From sequence record NC_042116.1: a stretch of DNA of 64,000 nt. The stretch is one strand, 5' to 3'. The notes under the pieces were generated by a model that saw nothing but the letters and a program-made list of their open reading frames with translations, did not search any database and was not told the origin of the DNA. Position numbers and translations under genes: made by a program. Shown here one piece after another: positions 49,706 through 58,744 of the stretch (its first letter is position 1; every line of letters starts with the position of its first letter).

Positions 49706-50184
49706 ATTTGTGTCATGTCTAAATCACCAGATTTGATCAGTTTTCTTGCTTGATTCGCTCTCTTGGCTGTGTTAGACTCTGGTACTACATTAAATGATTC
49801 TAAAATAGAACATTGTTGAGCAGAGGGCAATGATTTGAACTTTCTAACATCAACAGTTAATGCAGTATGGTGTATAACTTGTTCATCTTCTGGTATATTA
49901 TTATTTTTTTCTAAGTAATCAGCCAATTTTCTTAATACTTCATGAATAGGCTTGTCGGTTAAATGCCCCAAACAGCGTTTAAATGAGTTTACAACTCGAC
50001 CTTCCCACCCGTTAACTTCATTTTGTAATACTTCACGGCAATGCTGATTGTCGGCATGAAGATGGTCTAAAACAGGTTTTGTTATAGGAATACCAATAAT
50101 AGGATCTATACCTTTTTGTTTTTTTAACAATTCGTTGCGATATACTGCTGCTTCTTTTGAATTTTTTAATCTTTGTCGTTTCAT
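49690..50184 (-). CDS. Recombination endonuclease VII (gp49-like)
   Basis: QKGIDPI...VLDHLH...CREVL...NGWEG...LADYLE. Start MKRQR (50184) with GAGGT. Confidence 0.75.
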   Translation of the reverse strand: MKRQRLKNSKEAAVYRNELLKKQKGIDPIIGIPITKPVLDHLHADNQHCREVLQNEVNGWEGRVVNSFKRCLGHLTDKPIHEVLRKLADYLEKNNNIPEDEQVIHHTALTVDVRKFKSLPSAQQCSILESFNVVPESNTAKRANQARKLIKSGDLDMTQIKKGA

Positions 50185-50226
50185 ATATACCTCTAAAGTC
50201 TTTATATAATTGTATTTAACGAAATA

Positions 50227-50255
50227 TGGAACAGATAAAAATAATTTGGTATAAT
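50227..50255 (+). promoter_or_regulatory. Hybrid promoter D (TGGAAC-N17-TATAAT)
   Basis: TGGAAC 50227-50232, TGG-TATAAT 50247-50255; points into an ORF-free region. Confidence 0.8.
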
Positions 50256-50261
50256 AAGATA

Positions 50262-50761
50262 GTAAAACCCTGTTTGGCAATACATATATGTATTGACAGT
50301 TAATAATCCTGATCTAGTCGAAAAGTAGACAGCAGATGAGAAGTTCAAACAGTTCGTTGTGCAAAAGAAACCCGTTAGAAGTACGTGCAGTCAATCAAAT
50401 GAGACATAAGACACCGAGATCACGGCAATGCGGCACATTAAAGAAGTACACTAGGCAAATAGTACTTCCTCGATAGACATATAAGGATCGCACCTTACAA
50501 AGTAGCTAAGGGAGTTTTTCTGAATAAGAAAATTGCGATTGATTTATATACAATATAGATCCGTCAAAAATTCAGAAGAATAAGTATTAAGATTGATTGT
50601 ATAGTCTTAATATTAGTGTGGTAAGCCCACGACCGTTACTATATGAACAGTGATAGAGAGAAACAGAGTAACCCGCTTTCGTTCTAGTTATAGAAATTCA
50701 CTATACAATTAATCGATGACCATCATCGTCAGAAAATTAATACCTTAACTGGTATTTTTTT
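50262..50761 (+). ncRNA. Candidate ~500-nt structured non-coding RNA (family unknown)
   Basis: No ORF of 60 aa or more; bounded by promoter D and a hairpin plus T-run at 50739-50761; many stems with G-U pairs. Confidence 0.45.
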
Positions 50762-50934
50762 ACGCATTCATTCCCCTGCGGGGGGATGGTATAATCTCAA
50801 CAAATCTCGTCAGTATTATAGTATTGAACATAGAAAGAAATGAATTGAGTTGTTTCAGTACAAACGAAGTGAAGTACAGAACAACGAAAATTCTTTGACA
50901 TTCTTCGAATGTCAAATTCAATTAAGGATAAAAA

Positions 50935-51741
50935 ATGAATATTAATTTAATGAATGGTAATTGTATTGATCTAATGAAGAATATTCCTGATAATTCAATA
51001 AATTTAGTTCTTACAGATCCTCCTTATGGAACAACTGCCTGTTCATGGGATATTGTAATTCCATTTGAAGATATGTGGAATGAATTGAATAGAATAATAG
51101 CACCATGCGGTTCTATTTGCTTATTTGGTTCAGAACCATTTAGTTCTTTATTGCGAGTAAGTAATATGAATGCATTTAAATATGATTGGATATGGTCTAA
51201 AAATAAAGGAACTGGTCATTTAAATGCTAAAAAAATGCCTATGAAATATCATGAAATTGTTTCAGTATTCTCTAATACTCCAATAACATACTATCCTCAA
51301 ATGACTGAAGGGCATAATCCTATGAATTATGCAAAAAATAAGCAAAATAATATAAATTCAAGTCATGGAAGTGTTGTAAATAATGCAGGAAGTACCTTAC
51401 GAAATCCAAGATCTATACTTGAATATAAAACCGTCAATAATGATGGAAGTACCGATGGTGGTAGATTTCACCCATCACAGAAACCAGTATCATTATTGGA
51501 ATATTTTATAGAAACTTATACTAAAGAAAATGATACAGTATTAGATTTTACAATGGGTAGTGGTAGTACTGGAATTGCAAGTGTAAACTTGGGAAGAAAT
51601 TTTATTGGTATTGAAATGGACGAAAATTATTTTAAAATAGCAACTGACCGCATTAATAATGCAATAGATATTAAAAGTAGTAATACTGTGGATTGTGATG
51701 ACAAAAAATCAACTGATGAACCTGATTTTTTTGAATGGTAA
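50935..51741 (+). CDS. Beta-class DNA amino-methyltransferase (probably N6-adenine)
   Basis: Motif IV DPPY precedes motif I LDFTMGSGSTG; HPSQKPVSLLEYFI. Confidence 0.9.
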   Translation: MNINLMNGNCIDLMKNIPDNSINLVLTDPPYGTTACSWDIVIPFEDMWNELNRIIAPCGSICLFGSEPFSSLLRVSNMNAFKYDWIWSKNKGTGHLNAKKMPMKYHEIVSVFSNTPITYYPQMTEGHNPMNYAKNKQNNINSSHGSVVNNAGSTLRNPRSILEYKTVNNDGSTDGGRFHPSQKPVSLLEYFIETYTKENDTVLDFTMGSGSTGIASVNLGRNFIGIEMDENYFKIATDRINNAIDIKSSNTVDCDDKKSTDEPDFFEW

Positions 51742-51767
51742 AAAAAGCCGCTAAAAGCGGCTTTTTT
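51741..51767. terminator. Bidirectional terminator
   Basis: AAAAAAGCCGC-TAAAA-GCGGCTTTTTT. Confidence 0.85.
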
Positions 51768-51771
51768 GTTA

Positions 51772-51948
51772 TTATTTTTTGTTTTCACGTTTGATCTTTT
51801 TATTATATTGCTTCACCATCAAATCTTTGTCATTGACTGGCATATTCAATAGCATTTCATATGAAGTATTAGGTATATGAACTGCTACTTCCATTAAAGA
51901 GTTTTTAATTTCTTCACAATTGAACCGCAAATCAGATATTTCCTTCAT
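51772..51948 (-). CDS. Small gp51-like hub assembly / tail chaperone ORF (58 aa, absent from the ORF track)
   Basis: MKEISDLRFNCEEIKNSLMEVAVHIPNTSYEMLLNMPVNDKDLMVKQYNKKIKRENKK; TAATG overlap with the gp26-like stop; frame open back to a slippery site. Confidence 0.7.
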   Translation of the reverse strand: MKEISDLRFNCEEIKNSLMEVAVHIPNTSYEMLLNMPVNDKDLMVKQYNKKIKRENKK

Positions 51949-52823
51949 TACTTCGTCTGGTTCTGAGATGAGAAGCTTGATACGAAAAAACTGCTTGGAT
52001 CAAATTGAAGATTTTCTAATTTCCATTCATGTCCACATTTAGAACATCCCACATCCATTTCATGAGTTACTCCAACATTATTAATATAATCAGATTTTTC
52101 ACGAATTTGTTTTAAAATAAATGCTGGTTGTTTTCCTAACCAATCGTTAATAAATTCTCTTTCAGTAACTACAATTTGGTCTACAGTTTCAATAGATTCA
52201 ATATTTGCAACTATCATATCAAAACTTAATTGAGTCATACTTTCAAATACTGAAGTAAACTGTTTAATTTTATCATCATCAGATAAATCAGCTCCTTCCA
52301 ATAATTGAGCTTTCTTTTGCTCTTGAAACATTTTAAGCCCAAACTCTGAATGTTCTTTCCATGTATGAGGCTTAAATTTCAACATTAATCCACCAACATC
52401 TTCAAGTACTAACGTAGGTTGTTCTTCTATAAGTTCAGCACTATCAATTAAGTACTGCAAATTCCTTTCAAATGCCCCATGATGATCACATTCTGGACAA
52501 TTTACTTCTATTTGATATTCTGTTTCTTTTGTGGCTAGTTTAATTCCTATTAAAAGTAATTCAACATCAGGAACAAACAATTCACGAGCATTTGCTATAT
52601 TTGGTACACAATTCTGAATAACATTAACTACTGCTTCACCATTCATAAGTGCATCAGGATTGTTAAACATCAATTCATCTCGTGCCGACCGTGCACAAAT
52701 ACCACATTCTACTGTATTATTAACTAACACACCAGCAGGGTATTTTATTACATCATTACTTACTAATTTTGTATATAAAGTTTCTACTTTAGTATACTTT
52801 GATAAAGGGTTCATTTGATTCAT
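51948..52823 (-). CDS. Baseplate hub assembly protein (gp26-like)
   Basis: NPLSKY, ARDELMFNNPDALMNGEA, DVELLLIGIKLAT, CPEC and CSKC, FDPSSFF; late-like CATAAATA at 52869-52876. Confidence 0.75.
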   Translation of the reverse strand: MNQMNPLSKYTKVETLYTKLVSNDVIKYPAGVLVNNTVECGICARSARDELMFNNPDALMNGEAVVNVIQNCVPNIANARELFVPDVELLLIGIKLATKETEYQIEVNCPECDHHGAFERNLQYLIDSAELIEEQPTLVLEDVGGLMLKFKPHTWKEHSEFGLKMFQEQKKAQLLEGADLSDDDKIKQFTSVFESMTQLSFDMIVANIESIETVDQIVVTEREFINDWLGKQPAFILKQIREKSDYINNVGVTHEMDVGCSKCGHEWKLENLQFDPSSFFVSSFSSQNQTK

Positions 52824-52887
52824 ACTGACTCCATAATAAATACGTCTATACTATATTTTGTATAGAGTTATTTATGAGGGAAAATAC

Positions 52888-55035
52888 ATGGCAGGACTTA
52901 GCTCAGATTACATCTTACAATCGATTTTGGATCAAAATGTTACTGCAAATGATAATTTATCTGCAATGCGTGAACTTCTTTCAAGTATCAATAAAGGTGT
53001 AAAAAATGGTAGTGGTTCTGGTGATTCATCAGGATCTGGTAGTGGAAATAATAATAGAAGACCACCACCAAAGAAAGATAGTAATGCATTTGGAAAAGCA
53101 TTTAAAGATTTATTTGGAGAAGCTAAAAATATTGGTGGTACTGTTCTTGGTAATAATGGTTCTATTCAAAACACGGTAGGTGCAGTATCTACATCAGCAA
53201 AAACACTACAATCATCATTAGGAAAATTACCAGGTCCAATTGGATTAGCTGCTAATGCATTTTTATCAATAATTCAAGTTGGTGGAATGGTTTATGACTA
53301 TTTGAATGACCAATTGAATATGTACAATCAACTTAATAGTGCAGGACTATCATTAGCTGATGGTATGTTAACTGTACGTAAAGGTGCATCAGGTGCATTT
53401 TTAAGTATTAATGAATATTCAAAAGTATTAGAGAAAAACAGTGATGCTATTGCTGCAATGGATGGACAGTATGGCGATGGTGTTGAACACTTTGGTAAAT
53501 TACTAAATACCGTCCAACTAACACAAGAAAAAATTGGATTATATGGAGTATCCCAGCAACAATTAGCAGATATTGCTGCAAAGAATTTCAAATTTGAAAA
53601 AATGTATTCAGGTCAATCACAATTGCGTAGTATGACTGAATCTCAAAGTACTGAAAAATTTGTCGGTACTATGACATACTTAAGTAAGACTGTTGGTAAA
53701 AGTGTAGATGAATTAATCACTAAGTTTAGTGATATGAGTCAAAACCTTGATACTGGTTTATCACAAGATGCGTTGATGACTTATTATGGATTAACTGAAG
53801 ATAAAGCATCACAAGTTACCAAAAGTATGAACTCAATATTTGCAAGTATGGGTGAAGCTGGTTCTCAATTACAAAAATTAAATGCTAGTAAATTACAAAC
53901 TGGTGCATTACCAGAAGAATTCAATAACCAATTTACTCAAATGTATACTGATAGGATAACACAGTTACAAGCTGCTGGAATAACTGATGAAAAACAACTT
54001 CGTCGTGCTATGTCGAAGTATGTTAAGGATCATAAAAAACAGTTAGATGATGAAATACGTTATCAGAATCTAGCAGGGAATACTACTGCATCAGCATGGT
54101 TAAACCAACTTAGAAATATTGAAAACACATTGAATGATCCTAAAAATCAACCAAGTCCAATAATTGAAAATTTCACTAATAGATTTAACTTATGGATAGG
54201 AAAAACATTCACTGAACCATTCAATGCATTTTATGCAAAAACTGCCGAAGGTGCAGTACAGTACTTGTCGGATTTAGCAGATAGAAGTACTGACTCATGG
54301 GATTTCATGGCTAATTTAGTTTCTGATGCATTTACTAAGTTTGATGCAGGTATGCTTGGGCCATTTGGTGCGTTAATAGAACTTCCAAAAAAATTAATGA
54401 ATATAATTTTTGGAGATTCATGGAATAAAGTCACTGATGCTTTTACTAATTTAGGTGGAGATCTTGTACAAATTCCAGTACGTATTGGTAAATTAATATG
54501 GGAAATGTTCACTGGTTCCAGTGATGAAGTAGACCAAGCAGGGAAAGAATTAGCGGGGTCAATAAAAAGAGTATTTGCATCAGTAGGTAATGCTTTTGAT
54601 AATATAACTAAGTTAGATATTAATATGGATGATGTTAAAAATAAATTTTTAGATGCATTTAATTCATTAAAAAGTAAATTATCATCAGTATGGAGCAAAA
54701 TGAAATCTTGGTGGAGTGATGCAGATGATTCACCATCTGATAAATCTAAACCTGAAACTAAAAAACCACCTACACCAATAGCAAATCAACCAAAAACATC
54801 AGGACAACAAAAAGTAACTTCTCCCGCAGAATATACTAAACCTGAACAGATAGAACAATCAGAACCACCTTCAATGACAGAGGTTCAAACAGCACAGAAT
54901 AGTACTACAGATCCTACAAATAAGATACTTTCTGCAATACTAAATAACTTAGAAAGTCAAGGACAGGCAAACAGTCAAGCCGCGATTATTTTAAGACAGA
55001 TTGCTGATAATACAGAACCTGCTCGAAATGTATAA
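52888..55035 (+). CDS. Tape measure protein (gp29-like)
   Basis: Ala/Gly/Ser/Lys-rich helical protein just before the portal. Start MAGLS after GAGGG; late-like AATAAATA at 52835-52842. Confidence 0.65.
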   Translation: MAGLSSDYILQSILDQNVTANDNLSAMRELLSSINKGVKNGSGSGDSSGSGSGNNNRRPPPKKDSNAFGKAFKDLFGEAKNIGGTVLGNNGSIQNTVGAVSTSAKTLQSSLGKLPGPIGLAANAFLSIIQVGGMVYDYLNDQLNMYNQLNSAGLSLADGMLTVRKGASGAFLSINEYSKVLEKNSDAIAAMDGQYGDGVEHFGKLLNTVQLTQEKIGLYGVSQQQLADIAAKNFKFEKMYSGQSQLRSMTESQSTEKFVGTMTYLSKTVGKSVDELITKFSDMSQNLDTGLSQDALMTYYGLTEDKASQVTKSMNSIFASMGEAGSQLQKLNASKLQTGALPEEFNNQFTQMYTDRITQLQAAGITDEKQLRRAMSKYVKDHKKQLDDEIRYQNLAGNTTASAWLNQLRNIENTLNDPKNQPSPIIENFTNRFNLWIGKTFTEPFNAFYAKTAEGAVQYLSDLADRSTDSWDFMANLVSDAFTKFDAGMLGPFGALIELPKKLMNIIFGDSWNKVTDAFTNLGGDLVQIPVRIGKLIWEMFTGSSDEVDQAGKELAGSIKRVFASVGNAFDNITKLDINMDDVKNKFLDAFNSLKSKLSSVWSKMKSWWSDADDSPSDKSKPETKKPPTPIANQPKTSGQQKVTSPAEYTKPEQIEQSEPPSMTEVQTAQNSTTDPTNKILSAILNNLESQGQANSQAAIILRQIADNTEPARNV

Positions 55036-55052
55036 ATGGAGTTATATAAAAA

Positions 55053-56786
55053 ATGAGTTGGAAACGACATATGACAATGGGGCGTTCGAAAATTTCGAAT
55101 TCCAATAGAAATAATTCAACACCAATACAGTCTTCAGGAGCAAAAACTAATTTTTCCTCTTACTTACCTGCTGTATATACAGGATTGTCAAATCGTATTG
55201 ATCGATATAGACAATACGACCAAATGGATCAAGATCCAGAAATTAGAACTGCACTTAATATAATCGCAGATTTTTGTACCCAAAGTACACAAGATTATGG
55301 ATTACCATTTAAGATTCAGTATAAAGATACAATGGGAGATACTGAAGTTACCACATTAGAAGATAGATTAGAATCATGGGCTGACCAAAATCAATTTAAA
55401 ATACGAATTTACGATATTATTCGTGGTATTTTAAAATATGGGGATCAGTTCTTTATTCGTGATCCAGAAACATTTGAATGGTATTGGGTAAATCCAATGA
55501 ATGTAGATAAAGTGGTAGTTAATGAAAGTACTGGTAAAAATCCAATCATTTATTATATTCGAGATGTTTCATTGAATATGCGTGATAAAGTAATGAGTAA
55601 TTTACAATTAGGATTTGATAAAATGGCTTATCCAGGATCATTACCTAATTCGTTAGCTGGATCTGGACAACAATATGGTTCTGGTGGTGGAGCAGGAGCA
55701 GATAGTTCTAATCCATTCGGTACTAATGGACAATTAGATGTATTACCAGTTGCCGCTGAGCATGTTATTCACTTATCACTAAACTCTGGACAAGATCCAT
55801 TTTGGCCTTTTGGTACTAGTATTCTTGAAAATATTTTTAAAGTATATAAACAAAAAGAGTTATTAGAAGATAGTATAATAATTTATCGTGTACAACGTGC
55901 ACCAGAACGTCGTGTTTTTAAAATAGACGTAGGTGATATGCAACCACACCAAGCTATGGCATTTGTTGAAAGAGTTAAAAATGATATACATCAACGTAGA
56001 ATACCTTCTAATAAAGGTGGAAGTACTTCATTAATGGATGCAGCATATAACCCATTAAGTATATTAGAAGATTACTTTTTCCCACAAACTGCTGATGGTC
56101 GAGGATCATCGGTTGAAACACTACCAGGTGGTGATAATTTAGGGCAAATTGATGATTTACGTTATTTTAATAATAAATTGATACGTGGATTACAAATTCC
56201 AGCATCATATCTACCAATGGGGCCAGATGATGGTGGTGTTGCGTTATTCGGTGATGGTGCAACACAAGCTATGGCAAGTGAATTACGTTTTAATAATGAA
56301 TGTATGCGTTATCAGAGAATTATTTCTCGTATTTTTGATGATGAATTTAAACGTTATATGCTTAAAAATGGATATAACATAAGTGCTTCATCATTTGAAG
56401 TGACATTTAATCCACCAATGAACTTTGCAGCGAATCGTAAAGCAGAAATGGATGCTAAATTAATACAAACTTATATGCCATTAAATGATCTAAAATACTT
56501 CTCTAAACAGTTCATTATGAAGCAAATGGGCTTCGAACAAGATGATATTGTTGAGAATGAACGTTTATGGATGCAAGAAAATCCAGAAGCAATTAAAAAT
56601 AGTAATACTAATGAAACTGGTGCAACTGCTGGATTACAATCAGTTGGACTAGAAGCACCTAATAATCCAGAAACGGATTTAGGAATGGATGAAGATGGAA
56701 ACTTAGAAAGTGCTGATGCAGAATATGAAAACCAAAATGGTGGAAATTCTGGATTTGATCCTAATAGTTTAGGTAATTCATTTTAA
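55053..56786 (+). CDS. gp20: Portal protein (T4 gp20-like)
   Basis: LLEDSIIIYRVQRAPERRVFKIDVG, EDYFFPQTADGRGSSVETLPGG. Confidence 0.95.
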   Translation: MSWKRHMTMGRSKISNSNRNNSTPIQSSGAKTNFSSYLPAVYTGLSNRIDRYRQYDQMDQDPEIRTALNIIADFCTQSTQDYGLPFKIQYKDTMGDTEVTTLEDRLESWADQNQFKIRIYDIIRGILKYGDQFFIRDPETFEWYWVNPMNVDKVVVNESTGKNPIIYYIRDVSLNMRDKVMSNLQLGFDKMAYPGSLPNSLAGSGQQYGSGGGAGADSSNPFGTNGQLDVLPVAAEHVIHLSLNSGQDPFWPFGTSILENIFKVYKQKELLEDSIIIYRVQRAPERRVFKIDVGDMQPHQAMAFVERVKNDIHQRRIPSNKGGSTSLMDAAYNPLSILEDYFFPQTADGRGSSVETLPGGDNLGQIDDLRYFNNKLIRGLQIPASYLPMGPDDGGVALFGDGATQAMASELRFNNECMRYQRIISRIFDDEFKRYMLKNGYNISASSFEVTFNPPMNFAANRKAEMDAKLIQTYMPLNDLKYFSKQFIMKQMGFEQDDIVENERLWMQENPEAIKNSNTNETGATAGLQSVGLEAPNNPETDLGMDEDGNLESADAEYENQNGGNSGFDPNSLGNSF

Positions 56787-56841
56787 GGTTCATAAATAAT
56801 GTTGATTCGTTCAATGAACGATTGAATAATAAGGATAGGTT

Positions 56842-57075
56842 ATGTTAGATGAAATTTTTGAAGCTAAAGATGACTCTATGTACGACCCTGAAGATGATCA
56901 GACAGTATATAAGTTGACTGACACTCGGAAACCTAAATTGACATTACAAATTCTCAATAACTTAAGAAAGTATAGAGAATTTAAAAAGAATGAGGCTGCT
57001 AAGCGTGATGCAATTGTTGCTATAGTATATGCACAATCTTCTGGTGATGATCAAGCTGGTGGTGGAATGATGTAA
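56842..57075 (+). CDS. Small head-module protein
   Basis: DTRKPKLTLQILNNLRK; between portal and core genes; late-like CATAAATA at 56791-56798. Confidence 0.65.
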   Translation: MLDEIFEAKDDSMYDPEDDQTVYKLTDTRKPKLTLQILNNLRKYREFKKNEAAKRDAIVAIVYAQSSGDDQAGGGMM

Positions 57076-57183
57076 TTATTAATGAAAAGTACTGTTTTTA
57101 AGCTTTTTTGAAAATGGTATTTTTATTAATAATAAATAATGACATACCAAAATAAAATTTTGTATATCTGTTTGGAGGATATA

Positions 57184-58023
57184 ATGGCAAATATGAAACT
57201 ATTGCAAGAAGCTATCCAAGCTTTTGCTAATGGCAACAACGAAATCGCTGATAAAAAAATGCGTAAATATTTCGTTGAGCAAGCTCAAGAAATTAATAAG
57301 AAACTAGAAGAAGAAATGGAAGAAGAAGTATGTGAAGATATTAATTCTGATCCAGAAGAAGATATGACTGATGAAATTGGTTATAAGCTTAATGAAGGTG
57401 GTTTCGAATTTGATGATGGTCGTGGTTCAGATGGTTGGGAACCAGAAGATGATCATTCAATGAATGAAGAAGAAGAAGAAGATTTTGATATTGAATCTGA
57501 CGATGGCGATGTAGAAGTTTCTGCTTCTAGTACTGCACCTGATGCTGATCAATGGGAAACAATTAAAACTGCATTCGAAGATTTAGAACGTATGTTTGAT
57601 GAAATCGAAGGTGGTTCAGTTGATTTTGAAGATGATGAATCTAATGATTTCGGTAATGAAGAAGAAGAAGTTGAAGATGAATTCAGTGATGTTCAGTTCG
57701 GTGATGAACAAGTTGGTGAAGCTTTCCAAATGAAGAAAGTATCTGAACCAGAAAAAACTGAAAAAGCAGGAGTTAATAAGAAGTCTGTAGTTGCTCCTAA
57801 TGCTAAATCTCCAGTTGATGGTGTTAAACCAGTAACTATTAAAGACGGTACTGTTGATGCAACTGATGATAAGTTTGAAAACTCTGATGCTATGACAGTT
57901 AAAGTAGAAGATAACAATAATGTTATGGATAACGGTAAACACGTTATGAAACCTGCTAAAACTCCAAAAAATACTGCTGAGAAATCACGTTCACCATTAC
58001 CAAAAAGTCAACCAAAATTATAA
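57184..58023 (+). CDS. Acidic prohead core protein
   Basis: Very Glu/Asp-rich. Start MANMK after GGAGG; late-like AATAAATA at 57131-57138. Confidence 0.6.
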   Translation: MANMKLLQEAIQAFANGNNEIADKKMRKYFVEQAQEINKKLEEEMEEEVCEDINSDPEEDMTDEIGYKLNEGGFEFDDGRGSDGWEPEDDHSMNEEEEEDFDIESDDGDVEVSASSTAPDADQWETIKTAFEDLERMFDEIEGGSVDFEDDESNDFGNEEEEVEDEFSDVQFGDEQVGEAFQMKKVSEPEKTEKAGVNKKSVVAPNAKSPVDGVKPVTIKDGTVDATDDKFENSDAMTVKVEDNNNVMDNGKHVMKPAKTPKNTAEKSRSPLPKSQPKL

Positions 58024-58045
58024 TAATATATGAAGGAGATCATTT

Positions 58046-58675
58046 ATGAGTATGCTTAGGGAATGGTCTTCATTCAATGATTCTAAAATAATACTAGAGT
58101 ATAAAGAGGATCAACTAACTGGACGTAAGAATTGCTATCTTAAAGGGATAGCAATTCAAGCTGATCGTAGAAACTTAAACGAACGAGTTTATCCTTTTGC
58201 TGAGATTGCTAGAGCAGTTAATAATATGGCAGAAAGAATTTCTAAAGGTGAAAGCATTTTATGTGAATGTGATCATCCAGAAACATTGACCGTAAACTTA
58301 GATAGAGTTGTTGGTATGATTACTAGTGTATGGATGGAAGGTGCTAATGGTATGGCTACTATTATGCTTCTTGATACAACATTAGGAAAAGATATCAGAA
58401 CTATGATTGAAAGTGGTGTTAAGTTAGGTGTTAGCTCTCGCGGTTCAGGTAATGTTGACCACAATGGTGTGGTATCTGAATTTGAAATAGTAACAATTGA
58501 TATTGTAGCACAACCAAGTGCTCCAGATGCATATCCACAAGCGGTATTTGAATCTCTCAATAATAAGTACGGTGCACCTATGACTGGCACAAACCGTGTG
58601 TTTGAGTCATCTAATAGTTCTTATAATAAAGTTGATGATGAAATTCACCAATTTTTTAAGAATTTAAAAGGTTAA
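58046..58675 (+). CDS. gp21: Prohead protease (T4 gp21-like)
   Basis: RNLNERVYP, ECDHP, GVSSRGSG, DIVAQPSAPDAYP. Confidence 0.92.
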   Translation: MSMLREWSSFNDSKIILEYKEDQLTGRKNCYLKGIAIQADRRNLNERVYPFAEIARAVNNMAERISKGESILCECDHPETLTVNLDRVVGMITSVWMEGANGMATIMLLDTTLGKDIRTMIESGVKLGVSSRGSGNVDHNGVVSEFEIVTIDIVAQPSAPDAYPQAVFESLNNKYGAPMTGTNRVFESSNSSYNKVDDEIHQFFKNLKG

Positions 58676-58686
58676 TAAAATAAAAT

Positions 58687-58694
58687 TATAAATA
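58687..58694 (+). promoter_or_regulatory. T4-late promoter TATAAATA (perfect)
   Basis: Upstream of the scaffold gene. Confidence 0.7.
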
Positions 58695-58744
58695 TCTGTA
58701 TATCAAGAGTGCAGATATTATCAGTACTTTAAAGGAGAAAACAA

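Noticed and set aside
50330-50700. Group I intron or RNase P RNA identity for the non-coding region
   Set aside because: TATAGTCT resembles the P7 3' strand, but no matching GACTA 5' strand was found, the bases pair locally and no gene is interrupted. GAGAAGTTC and AACAGAGTAACCCGCTT only loosely resemble RNase P P4 motifs.
50935-51741. Restriction-modification system around the methyltransferase
   Set aside because: No adjacent cognate restriction endonuclease; the neighbours are endo VII and baseplate genes, so it is treated as an orphan MTase.
6-57183. Longest-ORF starts at 6, 3993, 22449, 34893, 38536, 50280, 52858 and 57139
   Set aside because: Extensions overlap promoters, terminators or neighbouring genes; downstream ATGs have proper SD sequences.
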